From Candidatus Cryptobacteroides faecipullorum (GTDB lineage Bacteria > Bacteroidota > Bacteroidia > Bacteroidales > UBA932), in the NCBI GenBank assembly GCA_017694885.1, contig JADIMH010000007.1, positions 244-64,243 on the forward strand: 64,000 nucleotides of DNA, written 5' to 3'. The position numbers and the translations under genes are program-made. The notes below the pieces were generated by a model. It worked only from the letters and a program-made list of their open reading frames with translations. It ran no database searches and had not been told where the DNA came from. Shown here piece after piece: positions 34,314 to 43,548 of the stretch. Positions within the stretch are counted from its first letter, which is position 1; every line of letters starts with the position of its first letter.

Positions 34314-36098
34314 TTACATGGATCTGTTGAAATAATGTGTATGAAGCAGATGTTCCGACTTCTCACTCAAAGGTTTACCGAGAAATTCTTCATAAAGCGT
34401 CTTGATATAAGGATTCTCGTGGGATTTACGGACAGTCTTGCCGGCATCTTCACGGTAAAGGGCATTGGCCCTGGCGTAAAGTATCTCGGAATGGCCATGG
34501 TGAAGCGGCTGCCCGCCTCCTCCGATACATCCTCCCGGACATGCCATAATCTCTATTGCATGATACTCGTTGCGCCCGTGCCTGATGTCTTCGAGCAGAT
34601 GACGAGCATTGCCCAGTCCGTGAGCTATACCTACTTTCAGCTCGAATCCGTCCAGATCGACTGTCGCCCTTCTGACGCCGTTCATTCCTCTGACTGCCTG
34701 GAAATTGACACTCTTGAGAGTCTTGCCCGTATACAGTTCATAGACCGTTCTGAGGGCTGCCTCCATTACTCCTCCTGTCGCACCGAAAATCACTCCGGCA
34801 CCGGTAGATGCGCCCAAAGGAAGATCGAAATCCATGTCGGGAAGCAGAGAAAAACTGATGTTTGCCCTCTTTATCAGACGTGCAAGTTCACGGGTCGTGA
34901 CAGAATAGTCCACATCAGGGTTTCCGTCAGTCTTGAATTCATTCCTGTCGCACTCGTATTTCTTGGCAAGACATGGCATTATGGATACGACCACCAGTTT
35001 TTCGCGAGGGATTCCCATCTTCTGGGCCCACCATGTCTTGGCAATAGAGCCGAACATCTGTTGCGGAGACCTTGCAGTAGAAGGGATATCGAGCAGATCA
35101 GGGAACTGGTGCTCGAAGAAATTCACCCATGCCGGACAGCATGATGTCAGGATAGGAAGCCGCACGCTCTTGTCTCCTTCCAGATATCCGGTAAGCCTCT
35201 CCAGCATCTCGGTGCCTTCTTCCATAATGGTAAGGTCCGCCGCAAAATCGGTATCGAACACATAGTCGAATCCCAGTTCGCGGAGTGCAGCCACCATCTT
35301 GCCTGTCACAAGCGTCCCGGCCGGGAGTCCGAATTCCTCCCCTATCGCAGCCCTTACAGCAGGCGCCGTCTGGACTATCACTACCTTGTCCGGATCGGCA
35401 AGGTCCTCGACCAGCCGGTTGGTATGGTCCCTCTCTGTCAGAGCTCCGACCGGACATACGGCCACACACTGGCCGCAATATGTGCATTCGCTATCTACCA
35501 TCATCTTGTCGAAAGCAGGTGCAATGGTAGTGTTGAATCCTCTGCGTATTGCGCCGAGCGCACCGACAGTCTGCACCTCGTTGCAGACGCTCTCGCACCT
35601 TCGGCAGAAAATGCATTTGTCCATGTTCCGGACAATCGATGCAGTGACTTCCCTCTTTCGCTGGGAAAGTTCACCGCCGTTGAACGGCATTTCCCTGATA
35701 TTGAAGCGGAGCGCCAGATTCTGCAGTTCGCAGTCCCCTGCCTTCGGGCAGGTCAGACACTCGTTGGGATGGTCGGACAATATGAGTTCGGCCACTATCT
35801 TGCGTGCGTTCATTACCCTCAACGTGCTGGTCCTGACCACCATGTCCTGAGTACATTTCGTTGCGCAGGCAGGAGCCAGATTGCGCCGTCCCTCTATTTC
35901 CACAACACATATGCGGCAGGATGCCGGATTGTTCTTTATGCATGTCCCTTTCAGGTCGATATGACACAATGTCGGGATGTCTATTCCGATTTTCTGGGCC
36001 GCCTCCAGGATGGTCGTACCTTCCGGTACCGTCACGAAATGATGGTCGATCTGGAGTGTTATCTGTTTTTCTTCCATTGTTCCGTTGTTTTTGGTCAA
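34314..36098 (-). CDS. hydA: [FeFe] hydrogenase catalytic subunit, group A (HydA)
   Basis: It has H-cluster motifs 'TSCCPAW', 'MPCLAKKYE' and 'ACPGGCIGGGGQP'. The N-terminus carries 2Fe-2S and 4Fe-4S Cys clusters. Confidence 0.92.
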   Translation of the reverse strand: MTKNNGTMEEKQITLQIDHHFVTVPEGTTILEAAQKIGIDIPTLCHIDLKGTCIKNNPASCRICVVEIEGRRNLAPACATKCTQDMVVRTSTLRVMNARKIVAELILSDHPNECLTCPKAGDCELQNLALRFNIREMPFNGGELSQRKREVTASIVRNMDKCIFCRRCESVCNEVQTVGALGAIRRGFNTTIAPAFDKMMVDSECTYCGQCVAVCPVGALTERDHTNRLVEDLADPDKVVIVQTAPAVRAAIGEEFGLPAGTLVTGKMVAALRELGFDYVFDTDFAADLTIMEEGTEMLERLTGYLEGDKSVRLPILTSCCPAWVNFFEHQFPDLLDIPSTARSPQQMFGSIAKTWWAQKMGIPREKLVVVSIMPCLAKKYECDRNEFKTDGNPDVDYSVTTRELARLIKRANISFSLLPDMDFDLPLGASTGAGVIFGATGGVMEAALRTVYELYTGKTLKSVNFQAVRGMNGVRRATVDLDGFELKVGIAHGLGNARHLLEDIRHGRNEYHAIEIMACPGGCIGGGGQPLHHGHSEILYARANALYREDAGKTVRKSHENPYIKTLYEEFLGKPLSEKSEHLLHTHYFNRSM

Positions 36099-36107
36099 TA
36101 ATCGATA

Positions 36108-38015
36108 CTAATGAACTGAGATAGCCTTGAATTTGCACCTTGCCATGCACATTCCGCATTTGATGCATTTTGACGGATTGATGATGTGAGGCTTGCGTAC
36201 ATCGCCCATTATGGCGTCCGCCGGACAGTTCTTGGCGCACAGGTGGCAGCCGATGCACAGCTTAGGGTCGATACTGTAGGTAAGAAGAGCCTTGCACTGT
36301 TTCGCCCGGCACTTGCGGTCGCGGACATGCTCCAGATATTCGTCATAGAAATTGTTCAATGTGGAGAGCACAGGGTTCGGCGATGTCTGCCCCAGGCCGC
36401 AGAGTGCAGTGTCCTTTATCACCTTGCCGAGGGTGGACAACGTCTTCAGATCATCTTCCGTACCGCGGCCTTCGGTTATTTTATTGAGAATCTCGAGAAG
36501 TCTCTTGTTCCCGATGCGGCATGGGGTGCATTTCCCGCAGGATTCTTCGACTGTAAAATCCAGATAGAATCTCGCTACCGAAACCATACAGTCATCCTCG
36601 TCCATCACGATCATTCCGCCGGAACCCATCATGGAGCCTTCGGCCAGGAGACTGTCGAAGTCTATCGGAATATCCAGATGCTTCTCCGTCAGACATCCGC
36701 CGGAAGGACCTCCGGTCTGCACGGCCTTGAATTTCTTTCCGCCTTTGATCCCGCCTCCGATTTCATATATGACCTCCCTGAGGGTTGTACCCATAGGGAC
36801 TTCGATAAGGCCGACATTGTTGATCTTGCCGGCAAGGGCGAACACTTTTGTCCCTTTGGATTTTTCAGTACCGATGGAAGCGAACCAGTCGGCCCCGCGG
36901 GTAAGGATTACAGGGATATTGGCGAATGTCTCGACATTGTTTACGTTGGTCGGCTTCCCGAGATAACCTGACTCGGCAGGAAAAGGAGGCTTCATGGTCG
37001 GTTCTCCCCTCTTGCCTTCCATCGAATGGATGAGGGCCGTCTCTTCTCCGCATACGAAAGCACCTGCCCCGTAACGGATTTCTATATCGAAACCGAATCC
37101 TGTCCCGAGGATGTTTTCTCCCAAAAGGCCATATTCACGGGCCTGCGCGATAGCGGTCTGAAGCCTGTGTATGGCCAGAGGATATTCGGCTCTGATATAC
37201 ACCAGACCTTTGGATGAACCTATGGAATATCCGCATATGGCCATAGCCTCTACTATCGAGTGCGGGTCGCCTTCCATGATGGAACGGTCCATGAATGCTC
37301 CCGGATCGCCTTCATCTGCGTTGCAGACCACATATTTTACATCGGAAACGCTTTTTCTGGAGAAGCCCCACTTGACTCCTGTAGGAAACCCTCCGCCTCC
37401 GCGGCCACGCAGTCCTGAACGCTTCACTTCGTCTATGACTTCTTCTGGAGTCTTGTTAAGAAGACTGTCAGCCAATGCTTTATAGCCGTCCCGTGCGATG
37501 TATTCCTCTATGTTTTCAGGATCGATAAATCCGCAGTTGCGCAAAGCGACTCGCTTCTGCTTGCGGTAAAAGTCCATGTGCTTGGAGTCGCTGACATGCT
37601 GTCCTGACTTCGGGTCCAGATACAGGAGCCGCTCGACTTTGCGCCCGGCTATGATATGCTCATTGACAATCTCCTGCGCATCTTCAGGCTTTACCTGCGT
37701 ATAGAAGGTGTTGTCGGGTATTATCTTGACTATCGGACCTTTTTCACAGAAACCGAAACAGCCCGTCGTGACTACGTCTACACGGTCCGAGAGTCCTTTT
37801 TCCTGAATCAGTTCCGAAATTTTTTCGCTGATCATATGGCTGGAGGAAGCCTTGCAGCCGGTTCCTCCACATATCAGTACCTGCATGTGCTCTGTTCCTA
37901 TATCCAGGCCACAGCACCGGCCGTCGGTAGCCCTGTCGCTCTGTTCCCTGAGCCGCAGCTTTTTCTCTGCCCTCTCCCTGACGGTCTTGAGATCCCCGAT
38001 GGTGAGTATTTTCAT
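36108..38015 (-). CDS. hydB: NuoF-like NAD(P)H/FMN-binding subunit of the [FeFe] hydrogenase (HydB)
   Basis: It has 'GRGGGGFPTGVKW' and the SLBB/4Fe-4S region 'ESCGKCTPCR'. The C-terminal ferredoxin motifs are 'CIGCHLCAKNCP' and 'CIKCGMCMARC'. Confidence 0.9.
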   Translation of the reverse strand: MKILTIGDLKTVRERAEKKLRLREQSDRATDGRCCGLDIGTEHMQVLICGGTGCKASSSHMISEKISELIQEKGLSDRVDVVTTGCFGFCEKGPIVKIIPDNTFYTQVKPEDAQEIVNEHIIAGRKVERLLYLDPKSGQHVSDSKHMDFYRKQKRVALRNCGFIDPENIEEYIARDGYKALADSLLNKTPEEVIDEVKRSGLRGRGGGGFPTGVKWGFSRKSVSDVKYVVCNADEGDPGAFMDRSIMEGDPHSIVEAMAICGYSIGSSKGLVYIRAEYPLAIHRLQTAIAQAREYGLLGENILGTGFGFDIEIRYGAGAFVCGEETALIHSMEGKRGEPTMKPPFPAESGYLGKPTNVNNVETFANIPVILTRGADWFASIGTEKSKGTKVFALAGKINNVGLIEVPMGTTLREVIYEIGGGIKGGKKFKAVQTGGPSGGCLTEKHLDIPIDFDSLLAEGSMMGSGGMIVMDEDDCMVSVARFYLDFTVEESCGKCTPCRIGNKRLLEILNKITEGRGTEDDLKTLSTLGKVIKDTALCGLGQTSPNPVLSTLNNFYDEYLEHVRDRKCRAKQCKALLTYSIDPKLCIGCHLCAKNCPADAIMGDVRKPHIINPSKCIKCGMCMARCKFKAISVH

Positions 38016-38086
38016 GTTATAAAGATTGAGGATTTATGGATGTGGTTAGTATATCTTTGCGATTTATAATCTTTTCAGGCCGGAAA

Positions 38087-38094
38087 CAAAGATA
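38087..38094 (-). promoter_or_regulatory. -7 promoter box (TATCTTTG on the minus strand) for hydB-hydA-hydC
   Basis: CAAAGATA on the plus strand lies about 72 nt upstream of the hydB start. Confidence 0.4.
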
Positions 38095-38255
38095 TGAAAA
38101 GGATATTGAAAATACAATGTTACAATCTTTTAATTTATCAGCGCAGGCCCCTCCCGTTCGCAAGGACCGCGGGAGATGACAACCAGCTTGCCATTCTATA
38201 AGTCATCCGTATTCCCGACTGCCTGGTAAACTTTATTCAGGACGGGACAATGTTT

Positions 38256-38293
38256 CCGTGGCAGGTGGGCGGCAGGGAGATGCCACCTGACAC
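38256..38293 (+). repeat. Solo copy of the hairpin unit found in the 25.1-kb tandem array
   Basis: CCGTGGCAGGTGGGCGGCAGGGAGATGCCACCTGACAC has the same GTGSCAGGTGG...CACCTG core as units at 25099-25325. Confidence 0.7.
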
Positions 38294-38520
38294 CGTCAGA
38301 ATAAGAATACGAGTAAGATTCAGAGTAAGAGTAAATGTCAGAGCGAGGGCAGGGCAGGTCTGAAGCGAAAGAAGGAGCGTGATTCCCTGATTGCACACCG
38401 GCAATGAAAAGCCGGCATGAAGATACTTAGTCGCGATAATTGATTAATTTTGTCCGGACAAACACAACTGGCCGGACTTGACGCCAATCAAGGCCCCTGA
38501 ATGAAAATGCATATAAACAA

Positions 38521-39225
38521 ATGGAAAACATAATCATCGCCTCTGGAAGCAAGGAAGAGAAATACCGCACTCTGATTCCGCAGATCAAGGCTTTACTGGA
38601 AGGAGAAACAGATCCGGTTGCCCGAATGTCGAATGCGGCAGCCGCCATACAGGAAACTTTCGGGTTTCTGTGGACAGGGTTTTACCGCGTGGTAAAGAAG
38701 CCGGGCAGTAACGTAGAAGCATCGGAACGAACGGATGTAGAAGCAGGAGAAAAAGATTGCGGCAGCCACGAAGAATCTTGTGAACTGGCCGTAGGGCCGT
38801 TCCAGGGACCTGTGGCATGCTCGAGGATAGCATTCGGGAAAGGAGTATGCGGAAGTGCGTGGAAAGAGGCCCGGACACTTGTCGTGCCTGATGTCGAGCT
38901 GTTTCCTGGTCACATAAGGTGCAGTTCCGCTGCCCGGTCTGAAATTGTCGTACCGATGTTCCGGAACATTGGTACGATGGAAAACAGCATCAGTTCGGAC
39001 ACCGGCAACTCACCGGATACCGGTGCCGCCTGCACCCGCCGGTCGGACAAAGGAAACACATATCCAAAGCATACCGGAACCGGAAGCTCGATGGAAACGA
39101 AAAGTGGCCGTTCCTGGCAGGACGTCACGGCTGTTCTGGATATAGACAGCGCAGTCTCCGGGACTTTCGACGGGACTGACGCCAGATATCTTGAAGAAAT
39201 ATGCGGAATTGTCGGCAACTGCTGA
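38521..39225 (+). CDS. GAF-domain protein of the free methionine-(R)-sulfoxide reductase type, with two extra low-complexity insertions
   Basis: It carries 'GPFQGPVACSRIAFGKGVCGSAW', 'SEIVVPMF' and 'VLDIDS'. Its 234 aa compare with roughly 160 aa expected for the family. Confidence 0.75.
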   Translation: MENIIIASGSKEEKYRTLIPQIKALLEGETDPVARMSNAAAAIQETFGFLWTGFYRVVKKPGSNVEASERTDVEAGEKDCGSHEESCELAVGPFQGPVACSRIAFGKGVCGSAWKEARTLVVPDVELFPGHIRCSSAARSEIVVPMFRNIGTMENSISSDTGNSPDTGAACTRRSDKGNTYPKHTGTGSSMETKSGRSWQDVTAVLDIDSAVSGTFDGTDARYLEEICGIVGNC

Positions 39226-39262
39226 CGGCATGCCGGGAAAAAGACTGGACCACACAAGGGGC

Positions 39263-39305
39263 ATTTCAAGGCATGCTCGGATAAGAAAACCGCAGTGTAC
39301 TGCCG
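39263..39305 (+). repeat. 43-bp dispersed element, copy 1 (the partner is at 52853-52895)
   Basis: ATTTCAAGGCATGCTCGGATAAGAAAACCGCAGTGTACTGCCG matches copy 2 at 38 of 43 positions in the same orientation. Confidence 0.8.
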
Positions 39306-39308
39306 CTT

Positions 39309-39701
39309 TCAGTCTCTGACCAGTCTCTTTTCCGTCCTGTACCTGACCCCGCAACCGTTGATGAATCCAAGTATATCGTAATAGACAGACTCTACATGCG
39401 GACTGGTGGATTCAGGATCATCGTAATCTTCTCCGAAGCGATCATATATGGCTTCCGGAAGTTCCGTCAGACGGACACCCAACCGTCTGGCTATTTTAAA
39501 AGCGTCGTCGAAAGACACTATGGCCAGCAGGTCGTAATCCGATGCATGATCGTCAGCCCCGGCATACAGTTCGGTCGGATCATATCCCCTGTATTCCAGT
39601 TCAATGACAAAATTCCTGTCGTCCGTAAAACCTACCGACACGGCAGACCACGGTGAAAAGTCGGAATGGGTATCGACTATCAGTTTTTCAAGTGTAAGCA
39701 T
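39309..39701 (-). CDS. Small acidic hypothetical protein
   Basis: This 130-aa D/E-rich ORF starts 'MLTLEKLIVD'. No motif is recognised. Confidence 0.5.
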   Translation of the reverse strand: MLTLEKLIVDTHSDFSPWSAVSVGFTDDRNFVIELEYRGYDPTELYAGADDHASDYDLLAIVSFDDAFKIARRLGVRLTELPEAIYDRFGEDYDDPESTSPHVESVYYDILGFINGCGVRYRTEKRLVRD

Positions 39702-39720
39702 AGCATAAAATTTAAGTCGC

Positions 39721-40713
39721 CTACATGCTCCCGTCAGCATGAGAAGTCGTCTTCTTCCGCGCAGCCTTGACTATGAAGAACACGGCAAGGGCTATGAAAC
39801 ACACCAGGATGGAAATCATCTCCACCTTATGGTTCATCGGATCCACCCAGAACTCCTTCAGCAGTTCGTTCCTTGAGAACACCTCGATGAAAGTCCAGAA
39901 AATGACCACAGTGGAAATCGCCATACGGATGTTGGCTCCCCATGCCCCGAGTTTCAGCTGATACCTGAACATGAAGACTGACCCCACAAGGCAGATGATT
40001 GCAAGGGCCAGTGTCACAGGATGGCTGTCCCCAAGAAATACAGGGTCATATACGAACATCAGAGCCAGATACAGTGTCCACATCATCACGTTCAGTTCAA
40101 GGAAAGTGGTGATAGAAGCATGGTGCGACATGGAATGGGGCACAATCTCCTCCCTCCTTCCACGGAACAGCACTTTCTGCAGCCAGTTGAAAGCATGACA
40201 GCCCGAACGGGTATTGAAAAGATACAGGACCATGAACATCATCCAGATGCCGAAAGTCGCGGGCATTATCAGATATTCCGGACGCGAACCCGTCAGACTT
40301 TTCAGTTGCTCTACCGTCATATCCTTGATATTCACGCCATTGATAAAAATCTCATTGGTCACGCCTATGCCATTCAGATATTCGGTAACGGTGGAGACTG
40401 TCCCCGACCCTACCAGGTCATAATGCACTCCGTAACGTGCTGCATAATAAGCGAAAAGGAATTCCACCCAGCCAGTCCAGAACAGCAGGCCACCGAAAAG
40501 TCCCCACAGGGTCTGTTTCGTATCCCCTTTGACAAACACACCGAAAATCACCATCGCAAGTCCGACCGCCCCCATGGCAAACGCCGAATAGTGAAGTACC
40601 GTCGCGGACATGGTTGACTCCATTATTTTCATCAGGGCGTGTCCCAAAGGCATTGTGAACAACACCAGGAAAAATGAAGCAACGGTTTTCCCCCAATACT
40701 TTTTCTGTTCCAT
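39721..40713 (-). CDS. Polytopic membrane protein of unknown function
   Basis: The roughly 330-aa product has at least 8 hydrophobic helices. The start is taken at 'MEQKKYWGK'. Confidence 0.6.
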   Translation of the reverse strand: MEQKKYWGKTVASFFLVLFTMPLGHALMKIMESTMSATVLHYSAFAMGAVGLAMVIFGVFVKGDTKQTLWGLFGGLLFWTGWVEFLFAYYAARYGVHYDLVGSGTVSTVTEYLNGIGVTNEIFINGVNIKDMTVEQLKSLTGSRPEYLIMPATFGIWMMFMVLYLFNTRSGCHAFNWLQKVLFRGRREEIVPHSMSHHASITTFLELNVMMWTLYLALMFVYDPVFLGDSHPVTLALAIICLVGSVFMFRYQLKLGAWGANIRMAISTVVIFWTFIEVFSRNELLKEFWVDPMNHKVEMISILVCFIALAVFFIVKAARKKTTSHADGSM

Positions 40714-40774
40714 ATCGACAAATTTTTCAAAATCCGGAACAAACTTACACAAAATAAAGGGATCCGGTGTTATT

Positions 40775-41242
40775 TCATTTTACTATCACTATCGGAAAAT
40801 CCGTCTTTTTCCCGTTCAGCCTCCACACATTCCTGGCATTAATAGTGATTTCATTCAACCTTCTTGTCAGAGATATGACATCTTCAGTCCCGTCCGGCCA
40901 GCGAATTATGAATTCTTCATTTTTATAAGACATGCCGCCATCGACTTCTCCATATACCATGCAATATCTGTCCCCGTCTTTCTCTATTCGGAAGCCATAA
41001 AAAACAGGCATATAATCTTTTGTCAAAGGACTGCCTTCCAAATCAATGGGACATTCTTCACCCCGAAAAGTCAGCGTAGTTCCCTCAACCCAGGAATTTC
41101 CGTTTTCCGGGTCCAGCAAGTCTTTTCCAGCACTGTCCTGAACATATACCTGCAGATTTACAGGTGCCCAGTCTACCATCTTCCCGCATGACAAGCAGAA
41201 CATCAACGAGACAATCAGTGCGAAATATACCACCCTTTTCAT
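40775..41242 (-). CDS. Small lipoprotein of unknown function
   Basis: It has signal/lipobox 'ALIVSLMFCLSCGK' and a 155-aa beta-rich body. Confidence 0.6.
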   Translation of the reverse strand: MKRVVYFALIVSLMFCLSCGKMVDWAPVNLQVYVQDSAGKDLLDPENGNSWVEGTTLTFRGEECPIDLEGSPLTKDYMPVFYGFRIEKDGDRYCMVYGEVDGGMSYKNEEFIIRWPDGTEDVISLTRRLNEITINARNVWRLNGKKTDFPIVIVK

Positions 41243-41380
41243 ATCAATATTGTTTAAAATCCGATGCAAAGATGCATGAAGCAAGGCATATGTTGCAGAA
41301 AAATGTTCCGGATCCGGGGAAATCACTATATTCGCAGACTAAAACGTTTAGGAAGATCAATTTTGTTTATTGCTATATAA

Positions 41381-43546
41381 ATGGGAAAGGTAAGAGGATG
41401 GTTCGCGGTCCTGCTCGTATTCTTCATTTCAGTCCATACTGCGGCAGGCTCTCCGGACTCGCTCAAAGTGGCGGAAAGAAGGGACAGCATCATCGAAGCA
41501 AAAATCACGGCCGACAAATATCCGGAGGAAGTATCCGGAAGCCAGACAGGACACAAACGTCTTGAAAGCTTGGATTTCATATATGGAAACGTGGTTTTCA
41601 GTTCTCCCGACCTTGTCAAGGCCATACAGAACCTGCCGGGAGTGAACTCCGGAACGGAACTTATGTCCGGTCTGTACGTGCATGGCGGAGAAGGGTCCGA
41701 CAACCTGTTCCTCCTCGACGGAGTGCCGATGTACCAGATAAGCCATCTGGGCGGTCTCTTTTCATCATTCAACACTGACATAGTAGAACGTCTGGATTTC
41801 TACAAGAGCGGTTTCCCAGCCCGATACGGCGGCAGGATGAGTTCGGTAGTGGACATTTCCACACGCAGCGGTGACTTCAACGGATACCACGGGACTTTCA
41901 TGCTCGGGCTGATCGACGGACGTATCCAGTTCGAAGGTCCTATCGTCAAAGACAGGACATCTTTCAACATAGCTTTCAGAAGGAGCTGGATGGATGCGGT
42001 CCTCGGCCCGGCCATCTCATTTGCCAACAAAAGGAACAAGAACGGTGAAACCATCGGGGGCACATACGCATTCTATGACATGAACGCCTCGGTCACACAC
42101 AAGTTCAGTGATGACAACATCCTGTCCCTGAAGTTCTACCACGGACGGGACCATCTGAAACTGAAACTGGACACGCAGCCGTCCGCGACCGGTTATACAG
42201 ACGGAGAATACCAGACCTTATCCGGTACGGACAATCTTCATACTGACATAGCCTGGGGCAATACCCTCGCCTCTCTGAACTGGGCTTACAGGCTGCAGGA
42301 CAACCTCAAGATGAAATCCATCCTTTACTACACCGGCAGCAACGCCGATGTCTGGTACTACTGGCACGCATGTCCTTCTCCTGAAAATGAGGACGACACT
42401 TCGATGGAAGAGACCAACTATTCAAGAATCAACGATATAGCTCTCAATACCGATTTCAGTTGGATGCCACGAGAATCTCACCGTGTGAAGTTCGGAGCAT
42501 CCTGCCAGTTCCATATTTACAGCCCCGCAAGGCATAGCATATCGTCTGTCGGCGATATCGGGGACGAAAACAGTGCATCCGTACATTATACCGGCAGCGA
42601 ATTCGCACTTTACGCAGAAGATGAAATGATTTTCCGGGACCGGTTTTCATTGAATCTAGGTCTGAGATATGCCATGTCCGGCGTTCCGGGAAAGATATGG
42701 AACCGGCTGGAGCCGAGGATTGCCCTGAATGTGGAGTGCACCGAAAATATCAAATTCAAGGCATCCTATACTGAAATGAACCAGTTCGCCCACCTGGTTT
42801 CGACCACATACCTCGACATCCCGACGAACTGCTGGCTCCCGTCGACAAAGGATATCGCTCCCATGCATTCCAGACAGGTGGCAGGAGGAATATACTTCAG
42901 TCTCCCGCACAATATCAGACTGAACGTGGAAGGATGGTACAAGACCATGGACAACCTTCTGGAATACTCCGGAGCAAATGCCCTTTTTCCGCCTCTCGAC
43001 ACATGGGAAACATCTTTCAACAAAGGCCGAGGACGTTCATACGGAATAGAGACAGAATTCGGATGGAATTCGGAAAGGCTCTCTCTGACAGCATATTATA
43101 CGCTTTCCTGGAGCCAACGGAAATTCGATGACATCTGGCCGGACTGGTACTCCCACAGATACGACAACCGGCACAAGCTCACCCTGATGGGAAGATGGAA
43201 AATCAGCAGGACAGTGGATATATACGCTTCCTGGAACTACAACAGCGGAAACTGGATGACTGTCGCCACGCATATCTATAATCCCGGCGAAGTCTTTGAC
43301 CGGATATACACCAGACCCAACAATGTAAACCTTCCCGATTACCACCGCCTCGACCTTGGGGCCAATTTCAGGAAAACCTCGAAAAAAGGTCTGGAACATA
43401 TATGGAACATAGGTATCTACAATGCATATAACAGGAAGAATGTCGTCTTTGTAGCCGTCGATGAAAGGGAAGACAAGAGCCTTTACGGTACAGGACGCGC
43501 CATATTCCCTATTATACCTTCATTCAGCTATACATTAAAATTCTGA
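41381..43546 (+). CDS. TonB-dependent outer membrane receptor
   Basis: It has a signal peptide and plug block 'NLPGVNSGTELMSGLYVHGGEGSDNLFLLDGVPMY'. A long beta-barrel region ends in 'FSYTLKF'. Confidence 0.88.
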   Translation: MGKVRGWFAVLLVFFISVHTAAGSPDSLKVAERRDSIIEAKITADKYPEEVSGSQTGHKRLESLDFIYGNVVFSSPDLVKAIQNLPGVNSGTELMSGLYVHGGEGSDNLFLLDGVPMYQISHLGGLFSSFNTDIVERLDFYKSGFPARYGGRMSSVVDISTRSGDFNGYHGTFMLGLIDGRIQFEGPIVKDRTSFNIAFRRSWMDAVLGPAISFANKRNKNGETIGGTYAFYDMNASVTHKFSDDNILSLKFYHGRDHLKLKLDTQPSATGYTDGEYQTLSGTDNLHTDIAWGNTLASLNWAYRLQDNLKMKSILYYTGSNADVWYYWHACPSPENEDDTSMEETNYSRINDIALNTDFSWMPRESHRVKFGASCQFHIYSPARHSISSVGDIGDENSASVHYTGSEFALYAEDEMIFRDRFSLNLGLRYAMSGVPGKIWNRLEPRIALNVECTENIKFKASYTEMNQFAHLVSTTYLDIPTNCWLPSTKDIAPMHSRQVAGGIYFSLPHNIRLNVEGWYKTMDNLLEYSGANALFPPLDTWETSFNKGRGRSYGIETEFGWNSERLSLTAYYTLSWSQRKFDDIWPDWYSHRYDNRHKLTLMGRWKISRTVDIYASWNYNSGNWMTVATHIYNPGEVFDRIYTRPNNVNLPDYHRLDLGANFRKTSKKGLEHIWNIGIYNAYNRKNVVFVAVDEREDKSLYGTGRAIFPIIPSFSYTLKF

Positions 43547-43548
43547 CA

